Source: a virus. From it: a stretch of DNA of 64,000 nt. The notes under the pieces are model-generated. The model was not told where the DNA came from, ran no database searches, and was given only the letters and a program-made list of their open reading frames with translations. The stretch covers positions 85,038 to 149,037 of IMG/VR virus record IMGVR_UViG_3300033145_003080; one strand, given 5' to 3'. Made by a program: the position numbers and the translations under genes. Shown one piece after another: positions 19,301-30,000 of this stretch (positions within the stretch are counted from its first letter, which is position 1; every line of letters begins with the position of its first letter).

Positions 19301-19500
19301 GTATGTCAAGTTCAACAATTAATATTCTTCAAGAAACTCATTTTGGTGCCGGTGAAGAAATTCATATTGATGGGGGGACAGGAGATATTTTTTGCCAGCG
19401 AGACGCTATAAAGGTTGGTGAGGACGAACATAATAGTAGCGATATGTTTTTAAGGTGTGATGGAACGACTGGAAAGATTTACGGTGAAGCACCACAATAA
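16333..19500 (+). CDS. Tail fibre-like protein with four internal ~140-aa repeats
   Basis: IPIGYGGT and LVSQGYVDDAV fibre motifs; repeats of F.VDGA.GNIGI...P..DW...FG.V.NA.Y...D.RW. Confidence 0.65.
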   Translation: MGMSFMYKDFDLNDDETPKPWAPRETLALVDIINTLVGDTLTGLKEAGGHKHNKLYSSVGVAGVEIGAAGDTKILNLTVAGVVTNLATGALETVQQIPIGYGGTNSGTALNNDRVIVSSGGAIVESVQITVAELGLLDGMTSVVLGTANNDKLVSQGYVDDAVGGGWWTRDSGNGYIHPTNVNDILGIGTVEPFQNIGTTSGDIDANKLGAHIKSVNDQSSILVIEGWQIPGGSGDEEAAAIILADNDGDADDKMIAFQVGGGIAKFSSLLDDQATEDYLQKNVDDILVIDLGTGHIGIKAPPGDWHSKVQNVIQFDSTVTDCDAAIYQMFNEFGMVNNIIYDATDDQWEWLTTGPFAHKISILASGINLQAYQSTHSAGDVVAWSESNYFTVDTGSSIGTVVNFFQKDYDFSVHADGIINAFHVDGATGNWGWRNIPNADWQTTGTTYHVIQFPDYVSGEDIYTAAQYHVNTEYGFVQNAYYSETDSRWNSTIDGGGGKSVLRHRSLANSWQWEVALAPTNAGDEVDWDSIANRIYFSTLKGQGIVFNFNQLDFNFIIASIADFNSFVVDGASGNIGIRTVPNSDWISNFRVIEFEKSGGAYGGALYEAGSQFGLVSNAFYSQADSRWNYKTTGNYALRFEEKASSVNFAAIMGGTAGDEVPWVNANTFIVDAALGTIANFTSKDHNFTVRALGISKAFYVDGAKGNIGIHYEPGDWHSDWVSLSIGDPGANPFKSSLYQSKIGMECGLVNYAGIYDATDDRWEATVDGTVPGKMILGAQSWGWYISEATVDTGDPIVWEEVIRCQQGLFLNYANGATHERLSNDTSGMNLSLTHVRHVGGLFSGAELAGVANDDIFTIYGTSRNDAGTPEVIHYGEFTCKINSPTDGAESGSYAISLFDDGASEEQMRLEKSDMYLFNDRDDATGYEIFIRKSRDGGDISTGNDDIGAIIWEGRQSSSWVEFAKILVADAPASSSVMIISLDSVDILSMSSSTINILQETHFGAGEEIHIDGGTGDIFCQRDAIKVGEDEHNSSDMFLRCDGTTGKIYGEAPQ

Positions 19501-19522
19501 TTTTTAATTAACAAAAAAAAGG

Positions 19523-20059
19523 GTGGCTCATATGTTAAAGAAAAATGTAAAGAAGCTCGATATTATTGAGCTTAAAACAGCGATTAATTTCGCTATCCAG
19601 ATTGACGAGAAGGAGGAATTCGATGCCGGTTTTAAATTTGCCCTTCTGATGAATGATGAGGCTCTTCAACCGATTGTTAAAAAGGTCCATGATATAGTGA
19701 GCAAAAAATCTCAGGCGCTCGTTGACGAGTATAAGGAATTGTACCAGAAATACAAACAGAGCCAATTGAAAGAAGATGGCAAAGATGGCGAGACGGAAGA
19801 TTTAATCGTACGCTATAAGATTGTTTTCGGACTATTAACGTTTGCTGTTCCTGACTTTGCGAATGCTCCTGACATGGAAGAGGAATATAACGACGCATAT
19901 GCTGAGTTAGAAAAGGTTCATGAAAAAGTAATTAAAGAGCTTGACACCCTTGTTAATGAAGCAATGAATATAAATCTCGAAGTTGTTCATGTTGATAAGG
20001 TTTCACGGCTTGTTGGTTATTCAGTAATGAAGCGCCTTAAGCTGATGCTCAAAAGCTAA
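19523..20059 (+). CDS. Hypothetical acidic helical protein (possible fibre chaperone)
   Basis: 178-aa ORF directly after the fibre gene; resembles the next ORF in general architecture. Confidence 0.5.
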   Translation: MAHMLKKNVKKLDIIELKTAINFAIQIDEKEEFDAGFKFALLMNDEALQPIVKKVHDIVSKKSQALVDEYKELYQKYKQSQLKEDGKDGETEDLIVRYKIVFGLLTFAVPDFANAPDMEEEYNDAYAELEKVHEKVIKELDTLVNEAMNINLEVVHVDKVSRLVGYSVMKRLKLMLKS

Positions 20060-20084
20060 TATTTAATAAATAGAAGGGGGTTTA

Positions 20085-20603
20085 GTGCATACGACTAAAG
20101 CTGTACGGCTTTACAACGAGATTTGTGTTCTCCAGGGTATTAAAAAAACACTCTGGGAATTCAATCATATGATGATTGAGATCAAAAAAGTCATCAGGCC
20201 TATAATAGACAACTATAGCGAAGAACTCGAAAGGCTTCAGGAAAAGATAGCAATCCTTAGAGTTGAATACTGCAAAAAAGATGACAAAGGAAAGGCGGTT
20301 ATAGCACGCCGTTATAGCAGGGATGAAGATGGAGGGCTTATTATCACCGAAGAACAATATGTTGGCCTTGTCAGGGGTGAGCAGCCTGAATTTGATGCAA
20401 AGTTAAAAAGCTTGAACGAAGCAATAAAAAGTCTTGGAAACGCTGACGTTAAACACAACAACAAAGAGAAGTCAATTGAAGAAAGGCTTGCAGAAATTAA
20501 GCCAATAAAACGTAGTAAGGTACCAACAGATTGGAATGGGTTACGTGAAGAAATCTTTTGGGACTTTATTGAAGAAAATAGAAAAAAAGAAGCCACGAAA
20601 TAA
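20085..20603 (+). CDS. Hypothetical coiled-coil protein (DUF1617-like, possible fibre chaperone)
   Basis: GTG start after a GGGGG RBS; LRVEYCKKDDKGK...EFDAKLKSL pattern. Confidence 0.5.
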   Translation: MHTTKAVRLYNEICVLQGIKKTLWEFNHMMIEIKKVIRPIIDNYSEELERLQEKIAILRVEYCKKDDKGKAVIARRYSRDEDGGLIITEEQYVGLVRGEQPEFDAKLKSLNEAIKSLGNADVKHNNKEKSIEERLAEIKPIKRSKVPTDWNGLREEIFWDFIEENRKKEATK

Positions 20604-20622
20604 TAAAATGTAGGATAAATGC

Positions 20623-21315
20623 ATGGCCCAATTCGGAAATAATTATGACTACGGCCAATCCCCTTATTACAAGGACGAAGACGGCCCGTTTACACCGGGC
20701 GATTACTATTTCGATTTTGATCGAGTAGCAATAGGCATAGGATCGGCGAGCGATCCGTGCAATTGTGAGCAGTTCGTTAATTATTTCGATCCTGCTGACG
20801 GAACTCCGTGTAATTTAGCACCGACATTCGGTGATATATTAAACGTAAAAGGCGTAGCTAAATTAATTAGCAGAACGCACCTCATTAATATAAACAATAC
20901 CATAGAAGGATTAGTTACGATCAGACCATGGAGCTTGACTCAGCATGGTGTCTGGTTTATAGAAACTCGTGACCTTGATTCGAGTTCGATAACATTCATT
21001 AAGAATGAATCTGATAATTATATTAATAATTTGGTGGTGGAGGGTTTTGGGTTGTTACAAAACAACCCAGGCCTTGCCACCATTAAAATGACTGATATTG
21101 CATATAGTGGAGCGGGCCCGGTTATATCTATGAAAAATTGTATGATATATTGCCGGGATGGGAATGTAGACCTGGCGGCGAATGCCAATTGTGCTAGTAA
21201 ATATTATGGCTATTCTATTTGGGCCAACGAAGTTGATTTCGGTTCGGTAACTGGAAATCTTTTATATTTGGATGATGGTTCAATCAAAGCAAACCTTTTA
21301 ATTGATGCGGCATAA
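20623..21315 (+). CDS. Hypothetical virion structural protein
   Basis: 230-aa ORF with AGGA RBS in the structural operon; beta-rich. Confidence 0.55.
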   Translation: MAQFGNNYDYGQSPYYKDEDGPFTPGDYYFDFDRVAIGIGSASDPCNCEQFVNYFDPADGTPCNLAPTFGDILNVKGVAKLISRTHLININNTIEGLVTIRPWSLTQHGVWFIETRDLDSSSITFIKNESDNYINNLVVEGFGLLQNNPGLATIKMTDIAYSGAGPVISMKNCMIYCRDGNVDLAANANCASKYYGYSIWANEVDFGSVTGNLLYLDDGSIKANLLIDAA

Positions 21316-21317
21316 TT

Positions 21318-23963
21318 GTGACAATTGTAATTAATAATCTCGAAACGAATAGGCCTGCGTCTGATCTCGATAATGCCACTGTAGTAAACAGTACATTTGA
21401 GGCAGAGGCTCCAGATAATGTTCCGGAACCTTTTTATGCTACTGAATACAATAAATTCAATTTTGTATATGATGATTTTGGGTTTGTAAATCCAAGTCGT
21501 GGATCGTCATACCAATCAGCAAATGGGTATTCGACTGGAATAGGCGGCGCCTCAAGATATGGCGTAGGTGCTTTTTACTTTTTCATACCAGTGCCAAATC
21601 CTGTAGTAGCACCTCGCCAACCAGTCATTTTGTGTGAAGAGCCGGAGACGCCAAGGCGGGTATTTTGGGATTACCTTTCTACATTTTGGAACTATCTTGA
21701 TACTACTGACAGGGAGTCCTTTGAAGAATTCTGGCATGGATTATGCCAAGCTGGTAATGATTTGATTAAAAGGGCTCAGCGACTGTTCGAGGCGACTGCT
21801 CCAGAGAATGCAAGAACGTGTGTACTCGAAGATTATTATGATATTCTAATAGGACCATTGCATTCAAAGCCAATAGGCCTTGATCCATCTATAAAATCAC
21901 CAAATTATACCATCAAACCTATTGAAGTAAAACTTTTCGAACCAACTTACGATGTAAATAGTAATCCGGTGTATCGTGACATGTTCCAGATTTCGGCAAT
22001 TGATTATTACAGAGTTCGCAATGCTGGCCTCAACAATTACGTTGTTGTAAAGATAAAAAAAGAAGGCGTTTCAGACAGGTATTTTAAAGTACACAATCTT
22101 TTTTCTTCAGAAGAAAAAACAGATAGATCGGCATTTGCTGAAATTACTGAAGATATTAATTTCGAAGAAAACCCTGATGTGGGTAGAATAGGAATAAAGG
22201 CAAAAGATCATACTGAAGATGTGTCTGAATATGACGTTCTTGTTACAGCAGACGATGGGAGTGGAACCAGTGTAACATGGACTGCTGACAGCATTCATAT
22301 CAAAGTCGACAGGACTGCGGCAGAAACTATCGACCAAATACTTGTCATAGTGAATGCGGGTCCTGCTGCATGGGCTGTTGTTACGAACAGGTCTCCAAAA
22401 GGAACAACTGATTTTCCAATTACATCAGAATCGGGCACAATGCCTGATGATGCTATTAAATTTAAAGATCTTCCAAATTATATTTACAGAGAAGAGGGTG
22501 AAGGTAGATATTATCCACCAGAAGGAAAGAAATGGGAATGGTTTGAAGGATATTCATCATCCGATGGTGATGTTGGGGATTCTGCGCTTGGCGAGTGGGT
22601 TGATTCATTTTCGGCATTTAATTATATGATAGAGATTGAGGGGGATTTATCATATATAGATGAAAAGTCATTTACAATCTATTTTACTACTGGAAGAACA
22701 TATGATGTATTAAGCCATATAGACATGCTTCCATCTCTTCAGAATTTTATTGATGAGCGGTTGGGGGTACCTTTTTATGTTGACCAGGATTATCGATTTT
22801 ACAACAATACTGTAGAATTTTTTAACGATATATTTGCTAATGGGCAGGCCATCCCTGATACCTATTTATACTGTCCGGAAGCGCATGCTATTGAACATAT
22901 GCTTTTTGAAATATATGGTACAGTCGTGAATACTCCAAGATGGCAGGACTATAATTACAAAAACATATCTGGAAAAGCCGGAATTAACTCTCTTATGAAG
23001 TCATTACAAAATTCCAGCAACAGAGAAGATTATGAAAGAGCTTTGAATGTTTATTACGGCCTGCCCGTATCTCCGGAAAGGGCTGATGTTCTTGGTCTAT
23101 ATGAATCATATGGATACAAAGTAATAGGCCTTGCTGGTAATGATGTTACTTTGGAATTGCCTGAAAACGAAGAGCTTCATCCATTTATTCAGTCAGGTGG
23201 AAGGTTTCTTGTTGAAGGAAAAACAGAAATAAAAATATCAATAGTTGTTGACAGGCCAAATGGAATTATAACTCTTGAAGACGCTTCGTCAATAGGTATA
23301 AATGATATACTTTATGTTAAACTCAATAATCGATTCTTTGTTAAGAATTTTTATGCTGAAAATATTTCAACATCCACACCGGGGTATATTGATGTATATA
23401 TTCCGGAGGGGGCAGGGGCTATTCAACATGCAATCGATGTTGTGCAGACGCTTTCAGAAGGGGAGCGATATCCTGAAATACTTATATATGGAACTGAGAA
23501 GCTTGGGTGGAATTACAATGGAATATACCATGTAACCCAGGCTGATGAGGCCGGTGGGACAGTTAGGCTTACTGTTTATGAAAGAAACGATGCAGATGAT
23601 ACTGTTTACAATGATTTTATAGGAGAAACTACAGAGAGCGTGAGGGCTGGATTTGCCCATTTTTCATGGCCCACTCACAAATTTCTCTATTTATATCTTG
23701 CTACACAAAAGTACTTTAAAGCGTATCTTGATTCGCCAATCGATACCATTTATGACGCAGGGGATATTTTAAATAAGTATGAAATTGTTGCGCGGAATGT
23801 ATCAGTGGCAGATAAAACTATTTTCCCGGGCTGGGCACATTTTGATCATTTTAGAAGATACAATGGAATAAATCTTGAATCTGATATTTTAGAAATTACA
23901 TATATTGTTCCCGATGCGACTTTCGGTAAATATTTTCCGAGTGCGTGCGCGAGCCTCTTATAG
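21318..23963 (+). CDS. Baseplate wedge-like structural protein
   Basis: 881 aa; FWDYLSTFWN and YERALNVYYGLP motifs are typical of large-phage wedge (gp7/tail-I-like) proteins. Confidence 0.5.
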   Translation: MTIVINNLETNRPASDLDNATVVNSTFEAEAPDNVPEPFYATEYNKFNFVYDDFGFVNPSRGSSYQSANGYSTGIGGASRYGVGAFYFFIPVPNPVVAPRQPVILCEEPETPRRVFWDYLSTFWNYLDTTDRESFEEFWHGLCQAGNDLIKRAQRLFEATAPENARTCVLEDYYDILIGPLHSKPIGLDPSIKSPNYTIKPIEVKLFEPTYDVNSNPVYRDMFQISAIDYYRVRNAGLNNYVVVKIKKEGVSDRYFKVHNLFSSEEKTDRSAFAEITEDINFEENPDVGRIGIKAKDHTEDVSEYDVLVTADDGSGTSVTWTADSIHIKVDRTAAETIDQILVIVNAGPAAWAVVTNRSPKGTTDFPITSESGTMPDDAIKFKDLPNYIYREEGEGRYYPPEGKKWEWFEGYSSSDGDVGDSALGEWVDSFSAFNYMIEIEGDLSYIDEKSFTIYFTTGRTYDVLSHIDMLPSLQNFIDERLGVPFYVDQDYRFYNNTVEFFNDIFANGQAIPDTYLYCPEAHAIEHMLFEIYGTVVNTPRWQDYNYKNISGKAGINSLMKSLQNSSNREDYERALNVYYGLPVSPERADVLGLYESYGYKVIGLAGNDVTLELPENEELHPFIQSGGRFLVEGKTEIKISIVVDRPNGIITLEDASSIGINDILYVKLNNRFFVKNFYAENISTSTPGYIDVYIPEGAGAIQHAIDVVQTLSEGERYPEILIYGTEKLGWNYNGIYHVTQADEAGGTVRLTVYERNDADDTVYNDFIGETTESVRAGFAHFSWPTHKFLYLYLATQKYFKAYLDSPIDTIYDAGDILNKYEIVARNVSVADKTIFPGWAHFDHFRRYNGINLESDILEITYIVPDATFGKYFPSACASLL

Positions 23964-23991
23964 TATATTAAAGTTAATAAAGGATTTCAAC

Positions 23992-24393
23992 ATGCAGGTA
24001 ATATTATCAGTAAGACAAGAGCAGCTTGATGTTATTAAAACGGCTATTGAGGCTGGTTCTATGGTAATAGTATTTAAAGAAGGTGCTACTGTACTTGCTG
24101 AAATGCAATTTAAAGAATTAATAGATATTGCTGGTGATGCGAAATACGTATTTAAAGCTTTTGATGATACAACATCTTTAAAAGCGACTGTGATACAAAG
24201 CGGTAGAGTTGAAGAATTTTCAATCGATGGCGAAGAGCCACCTGGAGGCGGTCCGGTTGTTGGCATTTTAACAGGAAGTGTTGGCGCATTGAACTCCAAT
24301 TCTGATATAAGATTTAACAGAAGGGATTGGAGCGAAACCGGCGTTGTTACACTAAACAATTTGACACTTATATTATTACAAGGTCAAACGTAG
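23992..24393 (+). CDS. Hypothetical virion structural protein
   Basis: Start re-called at MQVILSV after AAGGA; GSVGALNSNSDIRFN motif is common in small phage structural proteins. Confidence 0.55.
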   Translation: MQVILSVRQEQLDVIKTAIEAGSMVIVFKEGATVLAEMQFKELIDIAGDAKYVFKAFDDTTSLKATVIQSGRVEEFSIDGEEPPGGGPVVGILTGSVGALNSNSDIRFNRRDWSETGVVTLNNLTLILLQGQT

Positions 24394-24403
24394 GGGTATT
24401 TAT

Positions 24404-26071
24404 ATGAATACTTTTGTTGTGAGAGACATTCTTGATAAGTCGATATCTGGTGATAAAATATTTGGTGGTGAGATAGATTGGGTTGATGGTCTTTATACTG
24501 ACCATTTTGCAGTTCCTCACGATGCTGGCGCCGGCGGCACCGGATCGATAGATGGGAGTGCATTTACAATAGGTATAACTGACAGGATAGCGTTGGTTGA
24601 TTCTTCTGTTGTTTTGGGTGGAAGCATTGGCGTATGGGCCAGCGATTTTAGCGGCTATGCTGCTCAATTAATTCCAACAGCAACACAATATGGAACTTTA
24701 TATCTTAATGATACAACTGGTCCAATTGTTCAATTAACAGCCAACCAATCTAATTACAGTTATCATTTACCAAAATTGATCATTGGCGCTACAACACCCA
24801 AGCAGTCTTGGTATAAATTTGAAGTTCATGGATCGTCATATCTTAATATTTTAGATTCCATAATGGCAAATTTTACAAATGCATACGCTGACAATTTTTA
24901 CTTTCTTGACCACCTTGCGTCATGGGCCCCTATTACGTATTATACTCAATTGATAGATTATCTTGCAACAAATACTCTTGCTGGTGGCATTGGTCCGCTT
25001 CTGGTTGATTCGCTTCAGGAAGCAGCTGATAATATCACAGGCTGGCAAATGTCACAGATTGCAAACATAAATGATCTAATTACAACTAGCGATTGGTACC
25101 ATCTTTCAGAGATGGATCAGCTCGTTTCCATTGGGTCTAGTGTTGTTTTTGGGACTATTGATGGTTCTGACATTACTGCGACTGGTGACATCGATGGTGG
25201 CACTGTTACAGGTGATAAGGTAATTGAGGATGGCACGGGATTAATATTAGTAAGTACAATGCATGGTGATATACACGGTCTTCATTTAGATTGGCTTTAT
25301 CCTCCCCAAACGGCAACTGCAACAAGGATAGTAGTAGAAGAAGGTACATGCTTAAATAGTTCGAAAGCTGATAGAATAACGCTGGCATCAAATATGACTA
25401 AAAGAATTGATTTGGCCTGGGCTGCTGGAACAGATAATGGCGGAATGCCGTCACCGCTTACTGTACAACCGTCAACGGATTATTGGGTATTTGTTATATG
25501 GAATGGCAGTTCGGCCGACGTCGGTTTTGATACCTCTGCAAGTGCTGCTAACTTATTATCAGATTCGGGATATACACAATACCGAACGCTTGGAAGAGTA
25601 CATACTGATACAACAAGTAAAATCGACCTGTTTGAAGATATCACTATGTATTGTTCGGCTTACAGGTCAGTTAGATCTGGATTCAAATTGAATGTAAGTA
25701 ATAGTTATGTCAGCGTCCCTTTTGATGTTTATGGCGGGGCAGAAAGACTTGGAAGAACAATACAGTGTTGGATTTCAGACGGAACTGGTAACTCAAATTC
25801 TACTGATCTTGAATATGCGTTTTACCCTAACGCCAGACCGACTTCTTTAAACACAGATTCTCCAACGGTCGCTGCTTGTAATTTTTTAAATGGAGCGGCT
25901 TCTCCATTATTATTACCAGGTGAGATACGATTAATGGCGCTTAGCGATGTGTTTGAGTGTCTAGTTTTTGATGGTTCTAGGATTCATGATGATGGATTTG
26001 TAAATGGAGCATCACTTAAGGGCATACAGCAACCAATTGCTTTTACTTTTAATATTTTTAAAGCTACATAA
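24404..26071 (+). CDS. Tail fibre/spike-like protein
   Basis: C-terminal KRIDLAWAAGTDNGG...DYWVFVI...DVGFDTSASAANLL...YTQYRTLGRVHTD is a common phage fibre domain. Confidence 0.6.
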   Translation: MNTFVVRDILDKSISGDKIFGGEIDWVDGLYTDHFAVPHDAGAGGTGSIDGSAFTIGITDRIALVDSSVVLGGSIGVWASDFSGYAAQLIPTATQYGTLYLNDTTGPIVQLTANQSNYSYHLPKLIIGATTPKQSWYKFEVHGSSYLNILDSIMANFTNAYADNFYFLDHLASWAPITYYTQLIDYLATNTLAGGIGPLLVDSLQEAADNITGWQMSQIANINDLITTSDWYHLSEMDQLVSIGSSVVFGTIDGSDITATGDIDGGTVTGDKVIEDGTGLILVSTMHGDIHGLHLDWLYPPQTATATRIVVEEGTCLNSSKADRITLASNMTKRIDLAWAAGTDNGGMPSPLTVQPSTDYWVFVIWNGSSADVGFDTSASAANLLSDSGYTQYRTLGRVHTDTTSKIDLFEDITMYCSAYRSVRSGFKLNVSNSYVSVPFDVYGGAERLGRTIQCWISDGTGNSNSTDLEYAFYPNARPTSLNTDSPTVAACNFLNGAASPLLLPGEIRLMALSDVFECLVFDGSRIHDDGFVNGASLKGIQQPIAFTFNIFKAT

Positions 26072-26080
26072 GGAGATTTT

Positions 26081-26638
26081 ATGAAACATGCTCAAGTAAT
26101 AAATCTTGATGAAGATAGCGTTATGGCCTTTATAGGTAATGACGTTATTGAAGATGGTACGCAAATACCAATACATACACTTCCGGTAACAACACTCTTG
26201 GTTGATATGAAACTGTGGGATTTAATAAGCAATGCGCCAATAGTAGTTGAAGGTCTTACAATGCTATATGATTCTGATTCTGGATATTGGCTACTTGACA
26301 TTGATGATGTAGAGGGTGTTTTGGATGATCGGCATAAGTATGTCGGCACAATTTATGCAAACACTGCTGAATCTGAGGATCTAAAATCATTTCAGATTAC
26401 TGAATTTGCTGTAGATAATGAATCTCTTGATGCAATATTGATGAGAATGTCATACGAAATAGTAATAGATGGTGGCCAGGCATGGTTTTTTTGGTACGCG
26501 GATGGTCACCATGGAGACGAGGCATACAGAAGATTTGCAGCCCCAGCGTATGAAGGGGGTGTTGGAACAACTTATGCAACTGATCCGAGCCGTGTGACTC
26601 ATAGGGGTGCTATAGAAGCATATTACGCTGGTCCATAA
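26081..26638 (+). CDS. Hypothetical structural protein
   Basis: 185-aa acidic ORF with AAGGAG RBS. Confidence 0.55.
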   Translation: MKHAQVINLDEDSVMAFIGNDVIEDGTQIPIHTLPVTTLLVDMKLWDLISNAPIVVEGLTMLYDSDSGYWLLDIDDVEGVLDDRHKYVGTIYANTAESEDLKSFQITEFAVDNESLDAILMRMSYEIVIDGGQAWFFWYADGHHGDEAYRRFAAPAYEGGVGTTYATDPSRVTHRGAIEAYYAGP

Positions 26639-26648
26639 TCAACTAATT

Positions 26649-27005
26649 ATGAACATAATAAATAAAAGCATTGATGATTTTATTGATCGAAAAACGTCCA
26701 AGATTACTTTGCTGGGCAAAGAACTGAACTGCACTTTCTCAGCGATACCGGCCAAGGATAAGTTCGACAATGATATTTTCGAAGTGGATAGAGAAATAGT
26801 AAAAGCCTACTACCCAGAGTTTAAGACATTTGCTAAACAGGTATTTGGTATTGAAAAAGATAATGGGTTTACTGATACGGAGGGCGTATTTCACCCAGGT
26901 ACTGGTGAGGACATTATTCCTTATGACTCAATGTACCTTGCTGATGAAAGACTTTATACACGAGACTATATGATCAAAAATATAATGAAACAGAGGGCTG
27001 AATAA
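26649..27005 (+). CDS. Hypothetical protein
   Basis: 118-aa ORF whose stop overlaps the start of the giant gene (TAATG). Confidence 0.55.
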   Translation: MNIINKSIDDFIDRKTSKITLLGKELNCTFSAIPAKDKFDNDIFEVDREIVKAYYPEFKTFAKQVFGIEKDNGFTDTEGVFHPGTGEDIIPYDSMYLADERLYTRDYMIKNIMKQRAE

Positions 27006-30000
27006 TGCCTTCAATAAGAAATTGGGATACTGCTAATCTTGTTATGTCAATTGCTCCAAATGCATTAAAGCTCGGTGATAACCCCGTACCATTTAATAGT
27101 GGTACGTTTCCTGTTTATCAAGGTGGGAGTGCCGGAAGTAAGATAACGGGAATCTTGACAAATATGTTAAGTGGATATGGGTATGCGGATGGAAAGATAA
27201 AATTTGATAAAGTTGATGACCGCATTGCAGAAGATAAAAACATACCTATAACAGATGCTAGTAAATTTACTGTAGAGGTCTGGTTAGATTATATCAGTGG
27301 TGGTGGGGCAGGAACATTTTACAGTGAGGGTGATGACGGAAATAATTTTATTGAATTTTTACATGGTGTTGGCAATGATAAAATTTGGATAAGATATTGC
27401 GTTGGGGGTACAATTAAAGAAGCAATTAGTACACAACGAATAAATGTACCAGGTTTATGGCACATAGCTGCCCGCAAGGACGGTGCAACACTACAACTTT
27501 TTATTAATGGCGTTGAGGTTTCTGGGTATGATGCTCAAGATACCTATAATTTAGGGAGTAAAACTTTTTTAGGTGGTGCAAATATCGGAAGTGCCAAAAG
27601 GGGAGCGGTGGCACAAAATTTTTATGGTGGTGGGATGTACCAAGTAAATATATACGACGACGCTATTTCAGATGCTCGTATCTTAGCTAACTACAATGCA
27701 GGTAAGTGGAATGATGGAATACGTGGTGTTGACAATGAAGACGATACAATAACTCTCACAGACCCAGCTAATTTAGTTCCACCGCCAGCTAGTGTAACTA
27801 AATTTAGTGATTCAAAATATGCAAAACTTCTTGGTGTCAGAGAACAAATGGTGGCAAATAATGATACATTTATACCACTTTACATAAACGAACACCATAT
27901 AAACGATGATAGTGGTTTCTTTACAAATGTAAAAAATGCCAATGGTTCTGATATAATACCAACTACTATTGAAGGTATCGAAATACCAATGGAGCTTATA
28001 TCGTTTAATAAAGCTGGTGAAACTATAACTGCCGTAATTCAAGTTCCCTCTGTTTTGGCATCAAGTAATTTTGTAATAGCTTTACAATATGGTGGTGACA
28101 CCGCGGCAAGAACCAAAGCATCTACTTTAGTATGGTCTGATTGTTATGGTGGAAGTATTGATTATGCCTTAGTTGCTCATGGAGAAGAAACAGAGGCCGA
28201 CTTAACAGATGCGAGTGGGAATTATACTGCCACTGATGCGGACATTACTTATGCTCAAAACGGAAAAATTTTAAAGGCGCCAAAAGGAAATGGTACTAAT
28301 TCTATTTCGGATTGGGGAAATGTCACAGAACTTAATTCTGTTACGAAATTTACAACAATGTTATGGGCTACGTATGAAATAGTGAACGAGCATGTCGATT
28401 TATGGGCAAAATATATCAATGGTTCTAATCAATTACGCTTTTTTTCATTTACTGATGGAAAAACTTACTTTGTTATAAAAAATGCAGGTACTTCCAGTTC
28501 GTATTATACAACATCATTAAATACAACCTTAAAAAATGTTGTGTGTGTATATGATGGAGACGGTGTATCGGATGCTGATAAAACCAAGGTGTATACAAAC
28601 GGTCTGGCGGAAACACTGACGTTTACCGGAGAAGCACAGCCAGCATCTACACCAGATTTATCAGCGACGACTTTTGCGTTGATGAACATTCCAGTTGGCT
28701 TTCCACCCGAGCCCCTAACAGCAGCCCCTGAAGGGATTTTAGATGAGTTTCGTTTGATAGCAGGAGCTCTTTCAGCTAACCAGATTTCTTTACATTATGA
28801 TAATGAATCTACTTATGAAGTAAATGGGCTTTGGGACTTTGGTCCAAAAAAGGATTTATTTGATCAGTTTATAGAGTTAAAAGCCTCAACAATCACGTTT
28901 TCAGTTGGCACAGCTGCTGCGAGCGCCGATGAATATGTGACCAAAACTATATCGGGCGCAATGCCAACGGCTGTTATCCAAAATGGCGTGCTTACCTTTT
29001 CTGTTCCACAGATAAATCCATATATTGGCGTAGGCGATAAGGTTGAGTTAGATGATGGATCCCCGTTCTATATATATCTTAATGAAAAAATAGACACCAG
29101 ACAGTGGAAGGTGCATGATGCTTTTGGGGATTTTCCGGACGATAAAACGACACCTCTGCCGGTAACTACTATTGACAAAACATTCAACGATGTTCGTGCA
29201 GCAATTAATGGTGATACGTCTGGTGCTTATGCTCTTATGGGTAATCAACACGATTTGATTTCTAAAAGAGCGATGCTTCGAATAGCATGTTATGAGATGT
29301 ATGATGATATGGGTGCGAATACACTTTCTATTTCAAATTTATGGGTTGTTGACGACAAATACAGAGTGAAAATATATACACCACGAAATATTTCCATTGA
29401 ATGCAATAAAAGTCAAAAACACATTAGGGGGAGGGCCGACCTTGGGGGTTATCGAGTAGCATCATCTTCAAATGTTATTAATATGGCTGGCAGCAGGGTA
29501 ATTATTGACGGGTTGGGCGTTGGGGATAATGGTTATAGCCCCGGATATGCAATCAGGATTGACAGTAACAACGAGCGGTGTCAGGTGATTAATAATGTGG
29601 TGTTTAAATCTACTAATGGTATCGAGGTCATTGCCACAGCTCCGGAAGAATATACAATCGCCAACAATATCGTAAGAGACTGTAGCAAAGGAATTATCCT
29701 TAACCCATCGTCAACAATAGGTGGCGCCTGTTTTGATAATGATGTCGTAAATTGCTCGATTGCCGGTATCGAATATAGCGGAAACAACCTTACTGAGATA
29801 GCCAATAATATTGTTCAGGATTGTGGAACTGATATTGAAGATAATAGCGTAGGGCTTTCTAATGTGAGTAACTGTATTACGAGTGACGCTTCATGTGCTG
29901 GTGGGGTTAATTGCCACCCAAGCACTTCCCTTAAATTTGAAGATAAGGTGAATTATGATTACCGCCCTCATATAAGCGACACAGTAGCCTACACTGGTGG